This document shows, piece after piece, positions 11,965-22,141 of a stretch of DNA of 64,000 bases. The notes under the pieces were generated by a model. It searched no databases, was not told the origin of the DNA, and saw nothing but the letters and a program-made list of their open reading frames with translations. The translations under genes were made by a program, and so were the position numbers. The stretch is taken from NCBI GenBank assembly GCA_036172245.1, contig JAYWIR010000031.1, forward strand, positions 1,612,001-1,676,000, given 5' to 3'. Source of the stretch: Raillietiella orientalis (lineage: Eukaryota). How positions within the stretch are numbered: the first letter of the stretch is position 1; the number at the start of each line of letters is the position of its first letter.

Positions 11965-14118
11965 GCCTCCCTCTCTCCTCCCCCTCCTGTTGCCCTCACG
12001 CCTGGCGGAGGGCCGTCGGTTCCAGAGAGGAGAAGACTGTAACGGGTGGGACCATCCACGCTATTCCCCTGAGGTGATGTTCTTCAGGGCCCGCTCCCGC
12101 GCCCATCGTCCCGTGAAAAACTGGAAATTTTCTCCAAGCACGGAAATTTTTCTCTCTTCTTTTCGGTTTCCGCTTCGTGTGTCCTCGGGCCTCGTGGATA
12201 GAAAAAGGAAACAATCTTCCGTTGGCATGGAGCCGCCTGCGTGGTGTTTACTCCGCAGAGGTCTCTTCTGGCTTCGTGTTAGAGAACGGAGCGGAGGAAG
12301 CCCTCCAAGAAACGGAGAGGGATGGTTGCTGTAATCCCCCCCCCCCTCCCATCCTCCGAACCAGAAGACGAAAGACGGCCTCGCCCCACGGAGAGTGCGG
12401 CAGAAGTTAGCCTCGTGCAGAAAGGATCCAGCGATCCCGGTAGAGAGGAATGCCTCGGACGGATCCGTTCTCCGTGGCTAAGAACCCCTTCCCACCCTCC
12501 CCCTCCCGCCCCCGCTATCACCATCTTCCGGAGGCGGCGGCTCCCCCGCCGCGATACGCGCAGTCTGCTACCGCGGGCACGCTGCTCTCGTGGAGTCAGC
12601 AGCGACGACCACGCCTTTTTATTCGTGCAGATCCCACCTCCTCCTCTTCCCAACACATCCGGTCCTCGAGACAGGGGCCACACTCCTCCCGGCCGGCGAG
12701 CGTGCGCCGCAGTCGCGGCACGTCTTGTCAGCCGTGACGGACCAAGAAGAGTCATCAGAAGAACCCGAACACCTCCGTTCGCTCCTTCCGGACTCCCTTT
12801 TCTCAGTCCTCTGCGTCACGGAAGCAAACAAGGTCGCATCTCTGTGGGTCGCCATTGGCCCACCTCTTTACCCAGTATCAGGTTCCAGAAGAATTCGCTT
12901 TGGACTTCCAGGCGATCCACGCGTCTGGTCAGCTTCACCACCTTGGATGAGACGGGGAACGGAAGTGCTGCCATGCCATCCGGCACCTCTTTACCTTTTC
13001 TTTCACCTCGTGCAGGAGCTTGGCGATGGCTTTGGCTTCAGCTTCCGCATCCTGAGGGGCGGAGCGCTCGCACGAGTGGGGGGTCTTCTTGGAGCCGAAG
13101 CTGGAAGAGCCGCACGGTCTGCTGCGGGCACCAAAAGCAACGCATGCGCGCAGGCGTCGCTCCCGCAAGGGCTCGAAGGTCTTCCGGTTTCGCGCCTCTG
13201 ATTTTCACCGCTCTTTCCAAGCGGAGGGATCGCCATTTCCCCGATGACGCAAGCGCTCTTCCTCAGTTGCCATTGCGACCGCCCGAAACTCGTGAAGAGT
13301 CAAGTCACGCTCGGCGCCATCCTGTCAGCAATGCTGCCATCATTATCGCCGCCATGATCACCTTGTTTGCTGCTGCTGCTGCTGCTGCCGCCGGACTCTT
13401 TTGATCGGACACGTAAGACTGAGGAGCGGCCGTGCCCTTAGGAGCGCGCGCGAACAGGACAGCGTCGCCTGCGCTCATCTCACTTGGTTTCGCGCTCGTC
13501 GCTTGGCTCCGACGAGCTCTTCGGCTTGCCGCTCTTCACCACCACCAGCTCGTGTCCACCTTCTGCTGCCAGTTCGCTCCCTTTCCTCCTCTCCCCTCGG
13601 GCTTGCAGTGCACTGCCTCCGGCAGTCCGGAGTGGCCTCGCGTTCGCCTCCTGATCCAGCGTTTGAAGCATTCGCCATGAATTACCTTCGACTACTTTGT
13701 CACAGAAAATTATGACTGCTTTTAATTTAATTGACTGGAAGCAGCTTCATGCTCTACTGAACTACTCAAACTTGCGGCGAACAAGACTGCGACCGTCGCT
13801 CAATCTTCCGACAGACTACGAAAACACCTCGGCGGTCCGCTGCGCGCGCCAGAAGCGCCGATCACGGACACGTGACGGTAGCGGGCTTTCGAGTTTCCGT
13901 TTCTATTGACAACCGCGCGCGCTCGACAAAGGGAACATTTGATACGCTTCGAAACCTATTTACAAAACAGAACGAAAGCAAAAAAGGAAAAAAAAAGTCA
14001 ACCCTTCCAAACTCTGCTGTCCAATTCACGCAAACATCGACTCCTTTTCGATTTTCCATGCACGTCCGTGTACGTGTGCGTGTGAACCAACTGGTACCAA
14101 AAAATTCCAAGTACGCAC

Positions 14119-14235
14119 CTCCTTATTCCGCTCGTTATAATAAAGCCAGATGAACGTCGCAGTTATGAAAGTTAGCAGCAGCAGCAGGAAGATTATAAAA
14201 TGCGTTTCCCAAGTTCCGTGCCTTTCCGCCTCCAT
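14119..14235 (-). CDS. Putative first coding exon with a transmembrane/signal-anchor helix; downstream exons probably lie in 12.7-13.7 kb
   Basis: ATG-initiated 39-codon exon MEAERHGTWETHFIIFLLLLLTFITATFIWLYYNERNKE ending at a GTGCGT donor. Downstream minus-strand low-complexity ORFs end at GT-like donors (e.g. HEVKEK|GTAAAG), but I could not join them confidently. Confidence 0.3.
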
Positions 14236-15917
14236 CCCTTTTCCTCTTTTCCGCCTCTTGGTGCGTCTGGGGACACTACCCGGCCGTCTCCGCCGCAGCC
14301 ATCGCACGCAAGTAGTGCTCGGCCAGCGCTCGCAGCCCGAGCGCGGGCACCAACCATTCTCGCAACAGGGTAACCCCCAACTGCATTGTTAGGGATTCTT
14401 TCCAAAAGCGCGATTGTTATGGTTCCGCGCGCGATGCATCTCTGCGAGTCGGTCGCCATGGAACCCACCAGCTGGATTCGACTCGGAGCATTCTTTCCGT
14501 CGCGAGCGCGGAGAGAGTGGGAAGGGGTTTTCCGGAGGCTGGGATTGATCGCGGCATTTTCTTCTTTTTTTGGCCTTTTCGTCTTCTCTGCTTGTTGCTC
14601 CCACCTCCCCCTGGCCTCCCCCCCCCTTTTTTTTGTGTGTGTGTTCGCTTGATGTTTACGACGCAAATTTCTTTCGACTTGAAGGAATGGAATACACAAC
14701 AAACACTCCGGTCCCTCACATTTGAAAAACACAGTGTTTTGCATAAATCTGGGTTGATGCAGCTGAGGGAAACGCCCTCGGTTACTCTAAAATGTGATAC
14801 ACGTCCAGAGGGCGCTGTTTGCGAGGCTGCAACCTCGGGAAAGCACGGATGACGATGGAGACCGATGCTTTCGCAAGCAGGAAGTTTCCTCGTCGAAGAG
14901 CAAGATGCCCAACGGTCAGGGGAAAAAGTTTTGCCATCCCGTCGCAACACAAGTGTACAATAATAACGGAGAAGGATGCTTTTCTCTGCTTCCCCGAATG
15001 TACACCCCATTGCTTCATCAACAAATGATCAGGATTTGTAGAACTTTGATGATTTATGGCAAACAACGAATGCCTCAGTTTGTCTCGAAATTTCCAAGCT
15101 GGCTTTTCCAAGCGTACTTGTCTCATAATTTAGTAGGTTTCAGCAGCTGAAAATAGCTGTGAGCTATCAATCTACACTCATGACATTTAGCACGTTGAGC
15201 CCATTGACAGCAATTCCCATACGAATGTGCGAATTCCATTCAACTGACTCAAAGGCGAATCACGCCTGCCGTGAGTCGGCTACCATCCGCATGCTTGCCA
15301 ACGCAACAAAATTAGGCTTTGAACTTGACACAGTATTGATCTGCGACGATGCAGTTCTTCTTAAAATGCTAATCAATAGTTCCACATGTTTCAAAATGTT
15401 GAGCGATGCACGACGGGTTATTCATGCAAGTTCGGAAGGCTTGACTTGGAAGCTTATGAGATTGATGAAATGGATGAGATGCTTCTAATTAGATGATTAG
15501 CTATTTCAGAACGGTGGGTCTCCAATTGTGTTCCATGAATTGGTTATCAGCAGTTACCAAAGATGCCACATGAAGTTTTGAACGAGAGATGTAGAAAGAA
15601 ACAAGGACAAAACCCTTGAGACGATGCTCCAATTATGATGGAGATCATATATCAGAGTCTCGAGGCTGAAATGCTTACCTGCCTGAAACACAGTGCAAAT
15701 TACACACATTATACAGCTGCAAATGTGGAAAATGCGAGTGTATAAGGTAAATACGATGCATACGTGCGATGAGTGATTTTTGAATGCATAACAATCCGCT
15801 CCGTATGTTCCCGAAACCGGACTGATAGACGCAGATGTGTTCCTTCCCAGGTGTGGCATGTGAAAATGTTTTCACTACAAAGGTCCAACGACATGCTTTC
15901 GATCTCTGTCCAGTAAC

Positions 15918-16810
15918 AGCCTTCGTCGAAGGCTTTGTGGTTACGGCTTCCGCGCGTGGCACCGTGCTTCGAGGGTTTGAATGCTCCAACAGAAACTGGC
16001 GCACTGCGTCGTTGGGTTCCGAGTTCCTCCTGTAAGATGGCGGCGGTTGGTCTACAAACATTCGGGTGCGGCACCGGTAGCAATCAAAACCCGAGGTCCC
16101 CGATGAAGGCTGAAACAATGGGAGTCGACCTTCGGGTCTTTCTAGGAATCAAGGAGGGGGGAATTCCCCCTCCGGTTGTCTAACGGAAAGCGGACCCCTC
16201 ACACTGGGGGGATGCCTCCGGTTCGTTCAGATGCAGTAGGTGCGTTGAGGCACCTCTCCAGATGTTAAAGGAGCGGACTTCTCCCATTCCGGGGTGGACC
16301 CTCCGAGTCGTGCTGACGAAGCAGGTGCGTCGCCATCTCTCCAGAGAGTGCAAGGAAGAGAGAGCGATCGATCGCGCCGGGAAGCAGCGCCTCTTGAATT
16401 TCGGAAGAGTCCCTTCGGGTTCTCTTCAGAGGAGTGAACAGGAGCGGTTCCCTTGCGGGTTCCCTCCGGAGAAGAAATTCCTACTAGCGGATCCATTCCA
16501 GTTCCCTTCGAAGAAGAAGAAATGGAGCAGACCGCCCTCCGGACGGTCCCTCCGGAGAGAATGAGGAAGGAGATTCCTTTCGGAGACAACCAGGGTGGAG
16601 GTGCGTTCCTCCCCCTTCCCTGAGGTTTCCTCCCCAGGAGTGAGAGGAACGGACCCCGAACCCTTCCTGGATTCATAGGGCGAACCTTTTCCGGGGTACC
16701 CCCTATCTTGAACAACTACACGCACCCTCCGCGGGTGGCATGGAACAGTGTTAAGAGGCCACGTGAGCCGCGAGGCATATCACGACGGCTCTTGAGGTAC
16801 TTAGCGAACC
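15918..16810 (+). mobile_element. Apparently full-length copy of a ~0.9-kb tRNA-headed SINE-like repeat (family C, copy 1)
   Basis: 5' A-box-like AGGCTTTGTGGTTACGG and B-box-like GGGTTTGAATGC. Body shared with 47838-48470, 52856-53785 and 63390-63985. The 3' end GAGGTACTTAGCGAACC is shared with copy 3. Flanked by a direct repeat (C)CAGTAAC at 15910-15917 and 16809-16816, a probable TSD. Confidence 0.75.
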
Positions 16811-17990
16811 AGTAACCAAAGCTCCTGAACATCACAATTCCGAATAAAAAAATTCGAAGATTGATTGTCTTTCTCTTTGTTGGAGGGAAATCGAATAAAG
16901 ATTCAAAGAAAAGATGAGGAATTTCACTTAAGAAGAGGTGCATGCCAAACAGGCATGGTGATGGGTAATCCTAGGAAATGATTCCAAGAAATGTTACAGC
17001 GAAGGGGCGCTCGTTCTCTGCTAACCGAGACAAAAACCAAGAAAAGTGAATTTCGGAACTCCAATTGGGTGTCGTTCAAGCATTTGCAGGAAGCCTTAGA
17101 AACTGACATTCGGCGCACTTGAAGGGTCGTAGGGATCTGTGGATCCATCAACTACTTGGAGTAGTATATCACTGGCGCTTCTGCTTCACAGAGCAAAGTA
17201 CATCCACGCACATTTCTGCGTGCAATCATGCTTTAAAATAAGGCAGTCGCATGTCTGAATTCCTTCCAGCTTTTACAGCATGCAAGAAATTTATCCGGAA
17301 AGATTCGCCGCAGCCCTTCACCCAACCGTTTGATGCCTTCGCCAGCCCAAATTGATAGGTAGTCAAGACCAGTCTGCCAAGGAGAGGGAAACTCTTTAAG
17401 CACCTACAGAGAAGAGAAGTGTGGAGTTTGCACGTTAAACGAGTAAGTCCGACCTTAGCGTGGAACCGTTTGGATGTCCAGGCCGCAGCAGATGGAACGA
17501 GCATCCCAGTGGGCAAAACAACGCACACCGCCAATAGAAACGATACAAGCAGCTGGGGAAGCTATTTCGTCCACGATTTCGGCTCAAAATGTCAGATGGC
17601 CGTTAATGTCGAACATTAGCCAGTGGTCAGCTTGCGAATTCCTTTCCGTTCTTCAAGATAGAGAACTTGGCTGAGCAGCATTCCGCAAAGTCCTTAATTG
17701 TTGATCAAGTAGAACGAGTTCCGAAGGGAAACCAGTTCGTTTGTTTTCCGGCTCTATCCAGGGATACCAGGGATCTTTCTGGCGAGAACGTTATCTCCCT
17801 ATCCGGTGCCTCTCGCTGCAGGAAATTTTCCATCAATCCGGGGACTCACACTTTTAGGACTAAATGGAGTGGGTGCAAACCCTCTCCTCAAGGGAGAGTT
17901 CGCCATGTCCTTCCCAAGCGCTGACTGGTTTTGGTGATGGTCGGTGCAGGTGGTTCCTTGAAGATGCTAAATTTCATGTTCCCCATCCTG

Positions 17991-18344
17991 TATTTCTCAG
18001 GCACAGGACCTCACAAACCCGTAACTCGAGAGCAGGAATGGTGCGCTAAGAGCCCGAACGCTGTGCTGACATGCGACGTAGACCGAGCATCCTCGTTCCG
18101 TATTTCATTGAATACATGCACCGTTAAATTGGGCTTGGAACGAGTTTCTCCAGCAAATGCTGAAGGTTGCTCCCCCCCTCTGAGGTAAGGATTCAAAAGT
18201 CCTGAACGAACATTCCTTCGCACGGTTCGTAACAGAAGCATCTGATGCAGAATCTTTTTGTTCTCGTTCCGTCTCCCAAGTTGCAAAGTCTTCGTTTTCC
18301 TGCTCTCGAGTTACGGGTTTGTGAGGTCCTGTGCCTGAGAGATA
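17991..18344. mobile_element. MITE-like element, ~350 bp, with 48-bp terminal inverted repeats
   Basis: 17991-18038 TATTTCTCAGGCACAGGACCTCACAAACCCGTAACTCGAGAGCAGGAA is the reverse complement of 18297-18344, with one mismatch. Both ends are TA, a possible Tc1/mariner-type TA TSD. The interior is non-coding. Confidence 0.6.
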
Positions 18345-18848
18345 CCGAGACTCCAGCACGCCTTCAGGTTTCCGCTTGTTACCAAGTCCGACAGAAACAG
18401 GCTTTTCAAAGCAAACTCGCCGAAGCGCCAACGGATACGAAGCAGCAAACGCATGATGCTGTTTGAGTGTTCGGCCTGAACGGCATTTGGGTGCGAGAAA
18501 AAAGCTCCCTCCTTTCCCAGAGGGCAGGGGCACAGCTAATAAGTGTCGAAGGCGGGATGAACATTCTCCAGTAGAAGATGACAACATACGCAACGCCGAC
18601 TTCGCGCTCGGCTCTTTCAAGCCTACATTGAAGATGCAGGGTTCACGGTGACTATAAAGCTGTACGTGTCATGTGAGGACCGTGCATATCCAGAGAGCAG
18701 AGCTTTTCTTCACTAGCCGCAGAGCTCGCTCTGTATTAGATCCCTTCTTCCCCTTGAAACTTTGAAAGAACGACCCGGAAACAGGAGTCTCAACTGCTTT
18801 CGGTGGAAATCCAATTTCTGGAGAAAACGAATCATTTTTTGTCTGGGG

Positions 18849-18929
18849 TAATTATACGTTGCATTCATACTTTACGTTTGAACATGGGAATTTTCATTTG
18901 GACACCTGCCTGAACAAAACTAGAAACTG
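18849..18929 (+). repeat. 81-bp dispersed direct repeat, copy 1 (copy 2 at 24079-24159)
   Basis: The core TGCATTCATACTTTACGTTTGAACATGGGAATTTTCATTTGGA(C/T)ACCTGCCTGAACAAAA is present at both sites. Confidence 0.85.
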
Positions 18930-20889
18930 GTAAAGCGTTTTCACTCGGCTAGCACTCCCGCCCTCCGATCAGGACGTGCTTTCTAGAGCTCCCAGAGATC
19001 GAAACGTGACCCTGTGCGTGCTCACGAACGACATCCACGGAGCCCTCCGTTCGCTCCTGAAGTCGCTTTTCATGTGAAACTCGAATGAAAATGCACAGAC
19101 TGCAAATGCAAAGAAACCATGGATAGCTCCAATGAAGGGAAAGGGGGAACACATCAGCTCCGGGCAAAATGTCAGTGGTTAGGTCCGGGATCTTCTATAG
19201 TCATTCTCGTTTCACTTTGAGCAATGGGTCGGAAATACTTACGGATTATTTTTTGTCTTTGCCTAGTAAAGCTGCTGATGAATCCAACGCCCCACATTTC
19301 CGGAGACCAATCCTTCATCATGCGTTCGCTCTCATCCCTCATCCAGGTCGGATGGACTTTTTTGCATCCGAGCATCGGGATGAGCATTGGATTCTCCCGC
19401 GTTCGCAGCAAGCTTCAAAACTTCAAGAGTCGTAAAAGTGCTCTTTACGTCCAAACATGCAACCAGTAAAGATTTTCTAATTTTTCGGGTTCTATAATCA
19501 CCGAAGCAGTGCGAAACCATGAGTACTTTGAGCGAGTCTTCATCATATTCTCCTGTTCGCAATCTCACTCGTTCTAGTGCTGCTATTCAGTTCTTCATGC
19601 GTTTCCTGATTCCCCGTTACTTTACAGTCTACGTCTTTCAGAGTCCAAGCACAAATCACTTCCCGTTGAAAGACTTTTTAATTTGGGGTTCAAAATCGTT
19701 CACAGGACTTATCGTACCAGGTTTGAATATTTGTCCCTTTGTGGCGAAAGAGCAGTTGCTCACCCTTTTTCTGTACCAAAGCTAGCTGGACGATACCAAG
19801 ATATCCACAGTTACATCGCTTTAAATTGTTTTCCATAGAACTCACGTGTTCCATTGCTGTCTTGGGTTGTTTTCCCAGAGCTCAACTATGCATGCATTCA
19901 GCAGTGAGAATGCTTCTCCAAATTGGATTCCCTATAGCCCAAAGTCTAGTGATTCAATTTCGCTCAAAGTTCAACTCCCTTGACCTGCCTCCTTCCATCA
20001 TTTAACAGACGAAAAAATTTCTTTCGAGCAAAGACAAACAATTCCATTTCCGGGGAAGAAATCGGCACAATTAAAACGGGAACAGCAGATGGAAACTAGT
20101 TTTCAATCTGAAGTCATTTGCAAATCAACCACCAAAATGCAACAGGCAGAAGGAACCACATATGAGGAATCAAAGAAACCACAAACAGTTGAAATATTAT
20201 ACAAACAACTTTTCTAGATACAGAATCAAAGGTCCTTCAAAAGGCAAAGCTCGGCTAAAACCTCGTGCACCAAGTGCATGGATTAATTTGACACCCATAA
20301 TTTTGAGATCATCAAAGCGATCATTGAACTCATACCCAAATTCAAAGGAAATTATTTCAACTATTGAAAAAATGCGATGGCACAATGCTACCACAAGATT
20401 TGAAGCTGCATGCATGTTTATCCAGTTTCCAAGAATTTGCTCTTTCATCTGCATTGTCTTTCTTGGGACAGATTGAAACGCCTGAGAACTTATGCAGTCC
20501 TGAAACCTTTTTCTGGAAGAATAAGAACATGCACACGCACACACGTACACAGATATAAATATATATCATAATTGTTTTATGACGATGAAGGCAATCATAC
20601 AATCACGTTGAAAAGTTTAATAAGTTGTAACACCATTTACATGGTGGATCGACATGAGGTTAATCGCTTAAATGGGTGCAATCATTTCCTTGCTAGTTTT
20701 GAACATTCTTGATGATGTCCTATTAGTCAAGGTGAACATGAAATTTATTTTACGTTTCTTACTTATGAACTACATTAATTTCGTTATTTCATACAAGAAT
20801 ATTGCTACTTGTTTGGCTAAGCTTTCTCTTTCAATATGAGGGGACGACAAAAAAATGGCAAATTAAAGTTAACTAGTTAAGCAAATAAG

Positions 20890-22091
20890 CTACCAAAGGG
20901 GAGTATGATTGTGCAAGAAATGACGATGCACTCTCTGTGGTTTATCCCGTGATTGGTTTTCTTCCCAAAGAAATGCATAGTTGTAGATGCCATCACTCTT
21001 GTAGTCTTGCTTTTTTGAAACTGACTCCTTGTTTTCATCTTCATCTGCTGAATGCAATAACTGCAAAAGCAACATGGATTTAACTTGTTTACAAATACAC
21101 CCATTTACCTTGCCAACTGAAGTTGACTGACTATTTGGTGTTTGAGGTACTTTATCTTCCACATGAGAAGCACTTGTCGATGAACTGCCAGAAAGCGTTA
21201 AAAAGAGAGAAACATCGTATTACCTTTTGACTGGTTCGCAAGCTTCAGATAAAGTGCCCACCTTATTAATAATTTCAATAGTGCCATTTGGTTTAGGTGC
21301 AGTACCTATCAAAAAACAATCACTTTCTCCCTCCTTTGCTCTACCTATTTTCCCCATCTAAACCATATACTAACCAAAGAAATGATCAAAAAATTCAGGA
21401 AATACAACAAAATTATTCGTCTGATGAATGGGATTGAACAAAGCATAGTGACGAGCAAGAAATGCCAGAAATTTATCGGAAGGGCGATCCAAAGCTAGCC
21501 ATGCAGGTCGTTCATTTTCACACTGATAAAACACAGAGAACCAGTCACATTATCAGGTCAACATATTACTTTTAGCATGTACTCAAATAGCTGTTGTCCC
21601 AGACCACTTCTCTGATGAGTTTCGGCAATATAGAAATCCAAAATACATAAAGGAGTCACATCTCTCACAATATTAGCAAGATCTTCCAGAAAAAGTCGTT
21701 TACGGCCCACCTTGAGCAATCCTGTTACCAAATATGGCGGACCATTTTTTGTGCTCCAATCACGGGAAATATAAACAAGATGATTTGAATTTTGGAATCG
21801 ATCTGAACATGTTATAGCAGCATGAAGGCCTTGTGCCTTAGCTGAGGCCCGACCCATACGATTCAAAATGGAACATATTTGTTCCTCCAACACTCTCCTG
21901 CAAAACACATCATAACATGCATAATAGCCTCAATGTACTCACCCATGATACATTCCATGTTGAAGTGGGTGATGCTGAACCAAAACCTCTCCTGTTTCAT
22001 TAGGAGTGCCAAAATTGACAATCCTCAAGTCACTATTATAACAGGTAATTACACCTGGTAATATTTTATTCAGATCAAATTCAAATTCCAT
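20890..22091 (-). CDS. ATAT1: Alpha-tubulin N-acetyltransferase (ATAT1/MEC-17 family), 6 exons
   Basis: Exons 22091-21943 (MEFEFDLNKILP..), 21897-21570 (ILNRMGRASAKAQGL..ITCSDR..GLLKVGRKRLF..PLCILDFYIAETHQRSGLGQQLFEYML) and 21522-21375 (ALDRPSDKFLAFLARHY..QTNNFVVFPEFF), then three short exons ending HTPLW*. All introns are GT-AG and the frame is continuous. Confidence 0.95.
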
Positions 22092-22141
22092 CAGATGCTA
22101 AACAGAAACATAATTCTGGAAGGAATCACATTATTCAACAA
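22092..22141 (-). promoter_or_regulatory. 50-nt intercistronic spacer with an unpaired 3' splice acceptor (candidate SL trans-splice site)
   Basis: The minus strand reads TAA-ttgttgaataatgtgattccttccagaattatgtttctgtttAG|catctg-ATG. It is T-rich with an AG acceptor 6 nt before the ATAT1 start and leaves no room for a separate promoter. Confidence 0.5.

Noticed and set aside
16093..16132. Hammerhead-like string in the SINE (AGGTC-C-CCGATGA-AGGCT-GAAAC..GTC-GACCT)
   Set aside because: The core deviates (CCGAUGA plus an extra base). GAAA and stem I are not kept in copies 2 and 3, and the GACC-UUCG-GGUC hairpin competes.
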